A stretch of 63,529 bases of DNA, filler included, from Guillardia theta CCMP2712 (Eukaryota; Protista; Cryptophyta): assembly GCF_000315625.1 (NCBI RefSeq). It is 6 parts of 6 records of this genome, joined end to end, with 100 filler letters (N's around TTAATTAATTAA, not from the genome) between each part and the next. Parts side by side here need not be neighbours in the genome. Positions count along the whole stretch, not along the records: positions 1 to 25,264 come from NW_005434667.1; 5 more parts are not named here. One strand, 5' to 3'. The notes under the pieces are model-generated. The model saw only the letters and a program-made list of their open reading frames with translations, made no database searches and had not been told where the DNA came from. The number at the start of each line of letters is the position of its first letter. Positions within the stretch are counted from its first letter, which is position 1. Positions 1-12,299 of the stretch are shown piece after piece. The position numbers were made by a program, and so were the translations under genes.

Positions 1-67
1 GTGCAGCTTCTCGCTGTGGACTGTGTGCCTGGAGGTTTAGCTTGATCCTAGTAAATCCTATACACAC

Positions 68-1692
68 TTGTCAGCATAGGCCAAGACTCGAACAGAGGGA
101 AAAAGCTCTGCGATATGGAGGAGCAGGGGGTGGATACTGTGGCAGAAAAATACGCTGGATCGCCCTGACAGACGCCCGAGGTACACTGAACGGAGGCTGA
201 CTGACTTTTGTGAAAGAGTCGAAGGTCAGCAGAGTCTCGATAGTAGCTGGAGAGGTAGGAGGCGAACAAACGGAGATGCTCGCAAGAGGGCAAGCGAGCG
301 CCTTCAGTGATGCTCCCATCAAAGTAGTCGCGACTCGCACGTCCCTCGATTTCATCGAAGAGAGCCTGGCGGCCCGCGAGGGAGTTGAAGGCGTTCTTTG
401 CATCCAAACTCACCAGCACTGTGGGGTTGGCAACATCCTCATCATCAACGCAAGCGTGAAGGGGCAGGAGCGCTGACGCGGTTTGCGAGAACTTCAGACA
501 GCCCGAACCGTCTGAATCGCTCGAGGGAGGAGTCTAGGGTGAGACGAGAGGAAGTGCTGGTCAAGAAATGAGCGAATCCCTGCCAAAGCAAGCTTCGTTG
601 CGAGTCGACGGTGTGCAGAACCGATGACAATTGGCCGGAGACCAGGTTTATCAGCTCCCTTGGAGAGGGGAATAAATCTGCCTCCTCGACGAATGGCTGA
701 CAGGGCAGGAATAAGAAGATCCGGCATCCGGCCAAGAAGGACCCCTTGGAGGAGATATGAGGTTATGTTTGCAGTAGAGCTTCAAAGCTGCAGGATGACT
801 AGAAAGGGGTGACAGGTGTTGCCGAATCCTCCACCCGTGGTCATCGGTCCCCGCAAAGGAGCTGTAGCGCTTGATTGCCTGGCAACGGCATCCTCGAGTG
901 GACCGACAAGTACGACGTTGTCAGCATAGGCCAAGACTCGAACAGAGGGAAAAAGCTCTGCGATATGGAGGAGCAGGGGGTGGATACTGTGGCAGAAAAA
1001 TACGCTGGATCGCCCTGACAGACGCCCGAGGTACACTGAACGGAGGCTGACTGACTTTTGTGAAAGAGTCGAAGGTCAGCAGAGTCTCGATAGTAGCTGG
1101 AGAGGTAGGAGGCGAACAAACGGAGATGCTCGCAAGAGGGCAAGCGAGCGCCTTCAGTGATGCTCCCATCAAAGTAGTCGCGACTCGCACGTCCCTCGAT
1201 TTCATCGAAGAGAGCCTGGCGGCCCGCGAGGGAGTTGAAGGCGTTCTTTGCATCCAAACTCACCAGCACTGTGGGGTTGGCAACATCCTCATCATCAACG
1301 CAAGCGTGAAGGGGCAGGAGCGCTGACGCGGTTTGCGAGAACTTCAGACAGCCCGAACCGTCTGAATCGCTCGAGGGAGGAGTCTAGGGTGAGACGAGAG
1401 GAAGTGCTGGTCAAGAAATGAGCGAATCCCTGCCAAAGCAAGCTTCGTTGCGAGTCGACGGTGTGCAGAACCGATGACAATTGGCCGGAGACCAGGTTTA
1501 TCAGCTCCCTTGGAGAGGGGAATAAATCTGCCTCCTCGACGAATGGCTGACAGGGCAGGAATAAGAAGATCCGGCATCCGGCCAAGAAGGACCCCTTGGA
1601 GGAGATATGAGGTTATGTTTGCAGTAGAGCTTCAAAGCTGCAGGATGACTAGAAAGGGGTGACAGGTGTTGCCGAATCCTCCACCCGTGGTC
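68..1692. repeat. Direct duplication, 68-842 = 918-1692 (about 775 bp, offset 850), plus 843-884 = 1836-1877 (42 bp)
   Basis: The sequences appear identical by eye, and the ORF track repeats the same ORFs at +850. Confidence 0.95.
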
Positions 1693-2030
1693 CTCCATTG
1701 CCTGCTGTGGTAACTGCTCCATCTCTTCCACTGCCACCGCCACCAGAACCAGTTCCAGTTCTTCCTGCTGTTCCACCTGTTCTGTAAGCATTTCCTCCTC
1801 CTGTTTGAGGGCTTGTGTTATTGTTTCCTGCGTTGATCGGTCCCCGCAAAGGAGCTGTAGCGCTTGATTGCCTGGCAGCCGCCGACAAGGAGCCGGCGCT
1901 GCCCGGGGGTCCGCCTGGGGCAGCGGACGGAGGGAGGCTGGTCAGTCGGCTGCCTCCGGGTATAACATTCTGTCAGAGGCTCAAGTGTTTTACTCGCACA
2001 AGGTAAAAAGTCCCTCAAGCAGAACAAAGC
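68..2030 (-). mobile_element. Degenerate, internally duplicated non-LTR retrotransposon reverse transcriptase relic (CRE/R2-like motifs)
   Basis: Minus-strand peptides GRFIPLSKGADKPGLRPIVIGSAHRRLATK, VSLDAKNAFNS, GVCQGDP and RVLAYADNVVLVGP match successive RT motifs. They lie in different frames (frameshifted), YxDD reads YADN, and the RT core occurs twice. Confidence 0.85.
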
Positions 2031-2671
2031 AGGAACAAGCTAAACCTGCATGCACACAGCGCACAGCGAGAAGCTGCACAAACACACACAACAAAACAAG
2101 ACCAAAAGCAACCAGCACGGCTGGCAACTGTCAGCAGACCCGGCACCGCCAGCCCACGCGCGAAGCCGCGCAGACAAGCAGGAAGGGTCAAGCAACAGCC
2201 GCTAGGAGCATCAAGAGTGGAGCGGGAGAAGCGTCTCCGTCCATCACTGTGCTGGCTGATGCTTTTGTCTCTCGGACTTCGAGCCGCCGATTCGGAGCCG
2301 GCGCTGTCCTGGCAGTAGTCGATGCTGTCCTCCGAGTTCCCACTATCCTCGGCAGAGGAAAAGGGAGCTGGCGCTGCAGCTGAGATCGCCGTGGACATGA
2401 TTTACTCGCATACTTCAAGGAAATGCCTCAAGCAGTACATACATCAAATCATATAGACACACAAATACGCAGCAAAAAGGCTGTTTGGTGCCTGTTGGGC
2501 TGTTTCACCCTCCTCGATCTTGCCATGTCTCGCGGACAGCTCGCTTCCTCTCGAGGATGTTGCGTTTTGTCCGGAAGCTTCGCTGTTAGAAGCAGACGAT
2601 GTTGATCATCTTCCTCCACCTCAAGTTGCTTGCAGTTGACAGACGATGTTCTCGATTTCCCTGCAACTCAG

Positions 2672-3873
2672 TTAGCACAAGTCCAGCTGAGAAGGAGACG
2701 CAAACTTAAATCGGCTGCGGCAGATCTGGTGGCCCTTCTCCTCGTACTCTTGTTTCCTGCCGCTCTCTCAGCTTCACCCCAGTAGCACCTCCTCGACTCT
2801 CACGTCACCCACGCGCCCTCTAGAGCCCCCGCGCCCACCAGCCGCATGCCCCCACGCCATGCGCTCTGACAAGAAGAGTGAGGACAAGAGTAGGGGCAGC
2901 GAGTCACCCACAAGGTTGGCGGGTTGAGGACCCTGAGGGACGGAGACGTGCAGGTCTGAGGGAGCGAGCGAGCGAACCTCCGCGAGCATGCGAGCATGGA
3001 AGCCTGGGATGAGAGCGTTGCCGCCGACCAAGAGGACAGTGCTGTACCTGCCATGCTCTCAGCGGAAAGAGAAGACAATGGTAGGACAGCACATGAGTGG
3101 GTGCATCGGAGGGTCGAAGTGACGGACGGAGCTCTGGATAGCGAGAGGGATACCACTCTGATGGAGGCCGATCATCCTGGGAGTGAACAGAACCTGCGAG
3201 CACACGCTGACCGAGGGCTCGCGACCTCGTGCCCCTCTACCTCGGGGATTGTGAACCTCTCGTTGGAAACCTCAAGCACGCACTCCTCCTCCAGGCGCTG
3301 AGCTCCCTTGCCGCTCGCAGCTCCTTGACCTTCCTCGACCTTCTGTCGCTTCATGGGGGAGGCGGAGGAGCGAGCGGCAGCCTCGTCGCCTTCGATGACA
3401 TGCCCTGCCTGCTCGTCAGACGCGACGAGCTGACGAACAAGGAGAACCGAGTCGGTCTTGACCGGCGACGCCTGGGGTGTTGGAGGTGGGGAGGGAGTAG
3501 AGGCGTCGGATGTCGTTGGTCCTGCCCCGCTGCTTCGCTCTCGTAAGGTCTCGCTCGAGGTCCTGCCAGTCGTCAGCGACCCCCTGCCTGACTCAGCGGC
3601 ACCTGCGAGACGAAACTCAAACGCTCCTTGATGGCGTTGACGAGGATCTACAAGAGGTCAGCGGAGGAGGAGAGGAGGATGCGAGCAGCTGAACCGTCTC
3701 GTCCATCATGTTCCACTGCCTGCTCGACAGAGTCTCCTGCTCGCATTCAGCCGGACGAGGTTGCCAATGCCTCTGCTGCTACCTTGAGGAGATTCGTCAT
3801 CACCTTTCCCCCTACGTCGATTCGCCTGCACGCCTGCGGTACATCAGACAAAATAGATTATGATGACGATTAC

Positions 3874-3935
<62 letters not shown>

Positions 3936-4567
3936 GGAGGAGGAGGAGGAGGAGGAGAAGGAGTAGGGTTGAGGCTGAGGCTGAGGCTGAGGTTGAGGTT
4001 GAGGTTCGGGAGGAGGATGAGGATGAGGAGGAGGAGGAGGAGATGGTGTTGGGTATGGAAGGGAGAGGGAGGGGGAGGAAAGGAGAAAGGTAGACGCAGG
4101 GAATGAGAATGAGGGAAATTAAAGGCAGGGAGGGGCTACAAGAGATGGCTGGAGGGCTTCAGGTACCTTGTGGACTATCCTGCCCTCATAGAAAGGAACC
4201 TGAACGAAGCCGAGTCAAGAGCCCATTCCTCCTCCATCCACACAACAATGTGCGTGAAGCTGAACCCTGAGTCCACCATCACCCCGCAGCCTGTGCGTGA
4301 CAAGCCGCTGCTCGGGTCCCAGCACTTAAAGTCGCGTCAGCCCGAGCAGGAAGGAGGTTGGGAACCTTGTGGTCCGCCAGCGCGAGCAGGGGAGAAGAAG
4401 CACAGCAGTACTTGTTGAAGCCGAGCTCCTGCGACAAGTTGAGACAACACCACGAGAAGGTCGATGAGGAGAGTTGGAGGGAGAAAGACGACAAGGAGGG
4501 GAGACCAAGAGAGGATTGGGCGGGGGGATGGAAGGATGGATGATGATGATGATTGATGATTGATGAT

Positions 4568-4600
<33 letters not shown>

Positions 4601-5430
4601 GGAGGAGGAGGACCTCGAAGACGAACTCGTCAAGGTTGTCTCGCATCTCGTTGGGCGTGAAGAGACTCTCTGTAACCAGCAAACTGCCGCTCACGTCATC
4701 AGCTGCTTCGCCATGGCAGGGTTGACCTGGTCTCAGCCGGTTTGATTCCTGAGGAGCAGCGGGGGTCAAGTGACGAGAAACAAGGCACGAGGATCACCTA
4801 GCACGTCCTTGTGGCACATGCGCTGCCACACATCCTGCAGTGAACGCTGTCAGTACTCGCCTCCCAAGCTCACTCCCTGCCTGTTCCACATCCCAGTTCA
4901 CGATGTACCCTCGCTCGTGCGGTCGCCTGCTCGCCCTCAGTGCGCGAAGAAGCAGCGAAGCCCCTTGATGCACCTGATGTAGAGCGACGCGAGGTCGACA
5001 GCTGTGTCCTGCAGGGTCGTCACGCGTGCCCTCTGTGAAGAAGACATGGACCAGTCCATCCGCTACGAAGAACTTCTTCTCAGCGCGAGACTGAAGGAGG
5101 TCAAGTCACTGCGAGAGCTGACGAGCGATGCACGTCTACCTTGGCTGTGCAATGAGGAAGAACAACAGGGTTCACGTCGAGATTTGCTTCCTTGTAGTCG
5201 ATCTGAACTCCAGTGACTCTCTTTCCGCAGCCCCTTTCCCTCTCCTCCTCTCCTTCTCCCTCTGCCCCTCTCCTGTGTGCCTCTCTCCCTCCCTCCCTCC
5301 CTCCCTCCCTCCCTCCCTCCCTCCCTCCCTCTTCCTCTTCCTCCTCCTCCCCTCTCTCTCTTCTCCTCACCTCGTCTGTCACTCTCGCCGCCTTCAATTC
5401 GCCTCCGCCATTGTCTACGACCAACTTCAT
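2672..5430 (-). CDS. ARP6: Actin-related protein 6-like (multi-exon)
   Basis: N-terminal MKLVVDNGGG, internal LEVSNERFTIPE, VGGNALIPGFHARMLAEVRSLAP and AWRGG, and a spliced C-terminus WVTKQEYEEKGHQICRSRF. These are actin-fold motifs in an Arp6-like pattern. Confidence 0.8.
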
Positions 5431-5494
5431 CCTGCCATATTAACCCTCATCCCCCTCATACCCAAATGACCTCTGGAGAGAATTCAGACCGCTC

Positions 5495-7809
5495 ATGGCG
5501 ATTCCGTTGCTCCTCCTGTGAGTTGGAGGAGGAGGGAGGAGGGAGGAAGGAGGAGGGAGGAGGGAGGAGGGAGTTCAAACTTCATAACTTCCTGCTCATG
5601 GTCTGCTTGTTGTGTCGTTTGCTGATGTTCCACTCTTCAGGTTTGTGTTCGTTTGTGCTCAGGCGGCACCGCTCATTAGGCAAGACGGCATGTACGATGA
5701 TGCTGGGCATGGACCAGCGTGCCGCCTGCCACACGTGGACTTCCCTCATGGTGCCTGCCGTCTCTGAGGTTAGTGCTGAAGGGCCTGGCAGGTGAGCACG
5801 TGAAATCGCCGAGGCCGCACGAGGAGATGAACGTGCGGGACCTGCCTTCCTCCTTCTTCTGGGGTGACCTTGACGGCCGCAACTTCTTGTCCGGCATGAA
5901 GAACCAGCACATCCCGCGCTACTGCGGCAGCTGCTGGGCGATGGCGACAACTTCGATGATGTCGGATCGCATCAAGATCATGCGGCACAACGGTGACGCT
6001 CGCGTGCTTCTCTCTTTCGCTTCCTGACTTGTTCTCCCTCAGCGCAGCCGGAGATCAACTTGTCCCCGCAAGTCCTCATCAACTGCCATGGCGGAGGCTC
6101 TTGCCGAGGAGGAGACCCGGCGCAAGCTATGCATTACATGTTTGAGAACGGGTTGCCAGACGAGACTTGTCAGAACTACGAGGCAGTCAACGGAGCCTGC
6201 GCTCCCTACGGCATCTGCGAGACCTGCGAGCCAGGCAAAGACGAGGAGCACTTCCTGCCAGGCACCTGCTCTGCCGTTTCGAATTACTCCTCGTGGTTCG
6301 TGGAGGAGTATGGCTGGGTGAACGGAGGAAGCGATGAGGATGCGGCAGGAAACCGACTGACTTCAGCAGATAAGATGAAGGCAGAGATCTTGTCGCGAGG
6401 TCCGATCTCGTGCGGCATGTTCGTGACCAAAAAGTTCGCCGAGTACGGAGGAGGAGTCTTCCAGCAGTTCTCTCCCTTCTCCTTCCTCCTCAACCACGAG
6501 GTCTCGGTTGTCGGCTGGGGCAAGGAAGGAAGCGACGAGTACTGGATAGGAAGAAACTCGTGGGGAACCTACTGGGGCGAGCAGGGGCTCTTCCGTATCC
6601 TCATGCATAAGTTCAACCTCGGCATTGAGACTCAGTGCATGTGGGCAACCCCAGCAGCCAAGCGAGGGCCAGCAGGAAGCCATAGAGGTGTAAAGGGCAA
6701 GAGAGGAGGAGGAGGAGGAGGTTCAATCGTCTCTCGCGGAAGCTACTTCGTAGATGAGAGCGTGAAGAAGGGAGCTTATCACGACTACAGGCACCCGTGT
6801 CGCATCCGCGGAGGGAGGAGGGAGCAGGTGCGGGAGGTGAGAGGAAAGGAAGTCAGCACGCTGGGGATCCCTCAGAGTTGGGACATTCGAAACCTCTCGG
6901 GGGTGAGCTACGCGACGCCGAACAGGAACCAGCACATTCCTTCCTACTGCGGCTCTTGCTGGGCCTTCTCTACCACCAGCGCTCTGAGCGATCGAATCAA
7001 CCTGATGAGAAACAACTCGTTTCCTCGCTATGTCCTCTCCGCTCAGGTCAGTCTGCGCTTGCTTCTCTTTCTCGCAACTCACTCCCGCCATCAGGTTCTC
7101 GTCAACTGTGTGACTGCCAACGAGACCAGAGGCTGCAGGGGAGGAGACCCAACGGCAGCGTACGAGTGGATGGAGGAGCAGGATGTACCCGACGAGACCT
7201 GCCAAGCCTATCAGGCCAAGGACCTCGAATGTAGCGACTTGACTGTCTGCGAGACCTGCTCCTTTCTTTCCTCCTTCCGCCCCAACGTCTGCTCTCCCGT
7301 CACCCGCTTCCAGAGGTTCCGTGTGGAAGCCCACGGGCAGCTGCGCGGAGAAGTGGCCATGCTGGCAGAGATCGCGGCACGAGGGCCCATCGTCTGCGGG
7401 ATGTGCGTCACGGAGGAGGTGGAGAAGTACGCTGGCGGCGTCTTGCGAGACTCCACGGGCTGCGTCGACCAGGATCATGCAATCTCCATCGCTGGGTGAC
7501 GAATCAAGCTGAACCCCAGCTGTTTGACATATGACAGGTACGGCGAGACCGAAGACGGGATCAAGTACTGGATCGGAAGGAACAGCTGGGGGACGTACTG
7601 GGGAGAAGAGGTGAAGGAGAGGAGGAGGAGGAGGAGGAGGAGGAGGAGGAGGAGGAGGAGGAAGCTTACTGTCTGCAGGGCTGGTTCAGGATTGTGCGAG
7701 GAGAGAACAACTTAGGAATTGAGGATGCGTGCGACTGGTACGTTGCTGCTTGTGAGGGTACGAAGGTGATCAAAGGACCAGGGCGACGCCGAAGAAGACG
7801 TGGGAGTAA
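5495..7809 (+). CDS. CTSZ: Cathepsin Z/X-like papain (C1A) cysteine protease with two tandem catalytic domains and a signal peptide
   Basis: Spliced leader MAIPLLLLFVFVCAQA. NQHIPxYCGSCWA (the HIP insertion typical of cathepsin X) occurs twice, catalytic His in NHEVSVVGWG and DHAISIAG, and YWIGRNSWGTYWGE occurs twice. Confidence 0.92.
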
Positions 7810-7855
7810 GATGAGAACACTAGCGCGTCCTCTTGTATCACATCAAGTAGAGAGC

Positions 7856-10006
7856 TCAGAGGCTCTCCTGCACGAAGAGGAGCGCCTGCGGCTTGAGACC
7901 AGCATCCTCTGGAGGAGAGTCAGCTTGGCAGGTTTGAGGAAGAGGAGAAGAGGCAGAGCGATGAAATAGAAACTTTGGGAGGAAAGACGAAGAGACAGAC
8001 TGCAGACAAGCAGACAAGCAGGGGAGGCAAGTTGAGGGCAGGAGGGGGACGGGGAGAGGGGAAGGTACCGATGGAGAGGCTGCGGTCGCTGTAGATCACT
8101 TTGGGCATGTTGGTCGCCACGTCGAAGTGGTCGAACTCGATGTCGGCGAAGGCATCAAGGAAGTCGTAGATCGCCTAAGTTCACCCTCAGCTCAGCAGGG
8201 TAGCAGCTGGGGAAATCACGACAGACCTGAACCTTGTCGGTATAACAAAACCTGCGCTGAAGGCGCGAGCCGTCGGGCAGCCTGAAGAGACTAAGTTCCC
8301 TCCACCTCCTGCATCCTCCTCACTTGATAGCAATAAGAGACGTCCCTTCCCCGGTCGGCTCCGGCCCCATGAACAGCTCCTACGCTGCTCCTCAGAACTG
8401 CCGGTCCAACCCGCCCTTCTCACCTTCTTTTCTTCTTTCCTCCTCAATCGTTCCACTTCGTTTCTCGCAGCTTCCTCTTCAGCTCTCCTCGCCTGGTGCC
8501 ATGTAAGAGCCGTCAAAGCACCTGCACTCTCACCGCGGCTTCTGCCTGCTGCTGCTCCCTCAACGCTCTCTCTCGCTCCTCCTCTTCGCGCTTCCACCTG
8601 CTCAGCCGGATACTCACACAAGGCGACGATACCTTTCTTTGCTCCTCCGCCTCTCGCTCGCGCAGCTGGTCCTCTAGAAGTGACTGCTGGAAGGCGAGGT
8701 CTTGCTCCTCCCGGATGCGCCGGTCCATCGCTCGCTCCTCACTGCAACCAACGGCTCAGGGTTTAGGGTTTAGGGTTTAGGGTCAAGCCCGCCGAGCAAG
8801 TTCAACACTCACGCTTCCGCTCGCTGAGCGACGAGCTGAGGCCCCTGGGTCTCCATGATGTTCATCAGCCAGTTCATGAGAGCCTCGCGGCTGACCAAAC
8901 CTGCCAAGTGCGTCACCAACCCAGTCAGCTGAACTCCTGCTGGACCCTCATGCGCGTCGCAGACGGTGGTCTGGTTGTCGATTGTGGTTGTGATGACAGC
9001 GACGTAGGGGAAGCCCGAGGCTCGCAGCAGCATGCTCACGTTGAACGCCTGCACGCACTCTCAGGCCCGCGAGAGTCGCTCAGGAACAGGCGGAGGCTCC
9101 ACCTCGGAGTCGACGAGACTGCCCATCCAGAAGAGGAAGTTGTCATCCATGAAGTCCTTGAGGACCTGCAGGCAGCTCAGATTCTCCTCACCCGCAAGCG
9201 CAAGAACTCTAACGCATCCCTCCCACCTGTGTGCACAAGGTGTCTCGCAGGAACTCAGGAGTGTCCTGGTGGTAGGGGGCGTGCAGGTAGACCACAAGAA
9301 ACTTGAACTCTCGCTTTGCCGCGTCCACCGCCTTGAACGAGTTAAAAACCTTCCCTCTCATCCCTGCTCCCTGCCCTCCTCCACCACCTCCTCCTCCCAT
9401 TCATTATCATCATCATCATCATCATCATTTTATCAGCAGCGCAGCCGCATGGCTTTCATGGCAAGCATTTCTCACCTCCCTAAAGCTTCCCGTTTGAGCT
9501 GTTGGATGCACATCTCCATGCTCCAAGTTGAATCTGTCGATGAATTTCTGACAGGAGAAGGATCACTTGAGGGGAGCGGGGGATTGAAGAACCTGAGCCT
9601 CGGTCTCGATCCTCCTCTCAGCCACGTTCCTGTTCCCAGTCCCGAAGACAGAAGCTGCCACAGTCTCTCATCTCCTGAAACTCAGCGATGCTCGACTCAC
9701 AAAGGAAGCCCAAGAGTCCTCGCCGCGCTTGGCCTCTGCTTCCCACCTCTTCCCCTCCCCGTCTTTCCGTCGCTGTCTCGACACGCTGGGTCGAGTCTCG
9801 CTCATCCTCATGCGCAGCAAGAGCTGTCTGCATGGTACAATCACGATCTGGGCGCCGGCTCTTCACCTCTACCACACCTGGACCGCGTGGTCGAGATCCC
9901 AGCCATGAACCTCCAAGCAGTTGACACACTGCTCAACGTTCTGCCAGCCTGTGATCTCCTGGAAGGAAGAGATCATCCGATTCCTGTCGAGCCCCATCGC
10001 TGACAT
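7856..10006 (-). CDS. UBA-UAS-UBX protein (FAF2/UBXD8/PUX10-like p97 adaptor)
   Basis: UBA-like FQEITGWQNVEQCVNCLEVHGWDLDHAV, UAS-like AKREFKFLVVYLH...FLRDTLC, coiled coil RIREEQDLAFQQSL, and a UBX C-terminus TNMPKVIYSD...AGLKPQALLFVQE*. Confidence 0.85.
8758..8783 (+). repeat. Interstitial telomere-like (TTTAGGG)3 tract in an intron
   Basis: aggg-tttaggg-tttaggg-tttaggg-t. Confidence 0.7.
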
Positions 10007-10649
10007 CTGCCAGCATGTCACTATGCCGCCACTGAGACTAGCAGAGGGAGACCTTGAAAGACGATTGCAGCGAAGAAAATCACAAGGCAACCGAGACAAT
10101 CGCCCTCAATTCACTTCAGATCGCCATCACTACCACAGCCTGCTAAGGTACATCAGTATGGTCACAATTTTCAGTACCCGCTGTCAACTCTGAACCCCTC
10201 CCTCAACCTCTGCTGTGCTGTGCTGTGCTGTGCTGTGCTGTGCTCTGCCCCGCTGCTTCCCTTCCCTTCCCCACCTCCATTTTCCTCTACTTGCTTCCCT
10301 TGATTCTGATCTCGCCTCTGCACATCTATGTTCTTTGCTCCCTCCCCTCCCTTCCCTTCCCTTCCCTTCCCTTCCCTTCCCTTCCCTTCCCTTCCCTTCC
10401 CTTCCCTTCTTCTCTTCCTCGTCAGCCATTCTCATCAACCCCCATCCCCACGCAATCCCCTGTCTTTATTACAAATTGCAGGTTGGGGTGGGGGGTATTA
10501 GGGGTTTGGAGAATGCACTATGAGGAGGGGGTAATCAACTATTGTTATAAGGGGTACAAGTAAGTCCGATTACCAAAATCGAGGTAGGGGTGACAGAGTC
10601 CCCGACCACGATGGCCTCCGTACCCAGCTCGAACGACGAGCAGGAGCAT

Positions 10650-10682
<33 letters not shown>

Positions 10683-12299
10683 AAGGAGCATAGACTCATT
10701 TTCAAATATGAATTGGAGGGAGAAGTTAGAAGGAATAGCCTGAGATTTGTCCGTCAAAGTAGAAACGTGCGATGATCATGATGCGAAATGACTTCTATAT
10801 TTTCAGATGGTGACATAACGGAGAGCTGTTTGTGGTTTCTTTCATTTCCGATCGTTTGAAATGCAAACTTTCTGTCGATATCTTCTATTGTTTTCATTCT
10901 TGTTATCAATTCTAGGGGACCGTCCAGTAGTGGATGATTCAGATTTTGTGAGATGTCAGGGGAAACGAGACTTCTCTGAAGCTTCTGATTGTTCTTCTTC
11001 CTCTCAACACGTCGAACAGAGCAACGTCGAGGATCGACACGTATATTTGATCGATTGCCTGATCGTTTGTGAATGTCTTTTAACAGTTGAGCCGAATATG
11101 TCGAACGTGAGCTGCAGCTCCTCCCTCTTGTCTTCTCCCCGCAAGCTCCTCCTCTCCCCTCCTTCTTGCTCGAACTTTCCCGCTTACTTGGTCCAGATGT
11201 GGGGCATCCGACGTCTGCTACGGAGCCCTCGAGGGTGCGGCTCCTCATACGTGGAAGTTTCTTCTGTGCAGAAAGTGCGAGGGGGAAAGGAGGAGGGGCA
11301 GAGAAGGAGGAGAGAAAATGAGCGGGAATATAGAAGAGAACAAGAGGAACTCGAGCTCCTATGAGGAGCCGTACAAACAAGCAGGGGATGAGGGTGTCTG
11401 CCTGGGTAACGTCAATGAAGCAAGAGGGAAAAGGGAGGCGGAGGCAAACACAACAGAGCTTGGAGATGTGGAATTCTTGCCTCTTGCTCAGAGATGTTGG
11501 GTTTGCCCTCGCCAAGCGAGCTTTGGCAGTATTGGATCTTCACTTAGTCAAGCGAGGTTCCTCCTCCACCACCTTCTCGCCCTCTGACTGCCTGCTCACC
11601 TTTGCTCTTTCTGCTCTGCTCTCTCAATCCTGAATTTCTTCGCTGCTCACAGTATGGCAGGCATTGCCGGCAACATAAGTTGAGACACGAAGTAAATGTC
11701 AGGCAAACAAGCTGCATTCATCAAGGGTAATTGTTTCTTTATTGTCATCTCTTCTTCTCTTGAGGATCTTCTTGACACGACCGCCAAGTTGTTGGAAGCG
11801 AGCGATCTATGGGGACAGCAGGGACGATGCACGGGGACGGCGAGCACTTCGCTGTGCAGGTAAAGGATGGGGAGAGGAAGCAGCAGATGTGCTGAAAACG
11901 AGCTGGAAGATGAGAGAGGACTAGCGAAGCGAGGAGAGAGGCGGGAGAAGAGCGGAGGAAGAAGGAGAGAATGGAAAAGAGGAGAAGGAGAGAGGAGGAG
12001 GAGAGAGGAGGAGGAGGGTTTTCACTGATGGAAGCATGCAGCTCATCGACTCCCAGATGACATGGACTTGTCGCACAAGCTCTGCCTCGTTTCTGGATGC
12101 ACTCGCAGACCTGTGAGATAGCGATGGGGAGGGGGAGGGGAAGGGGGTGGGGGTTGTACGAGGGAGGGATGGAGGGAAGTTATTGAAAGGGGAGCAGAGC
12201 TTTGGCAGGCGACAGGGAGCAGCAGAGAAATGCTGGAGACACAAAGAACCAGATATGACAGACGTCAAGAACCGCAGGTGACGGTGCCCTTCTCTCCTC

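Noticed and set aside
3860-4093. Poly-M/D/E/R/L/S ORFs here and throughout the window
   Set aside because: Translations of intronic microsatellites or antisense shadows of real genes.
10754-11850. Possible minus-strand gene
   Set aside because: ORFs on both strands with no motifs; coding strand and exon structure could not be established.
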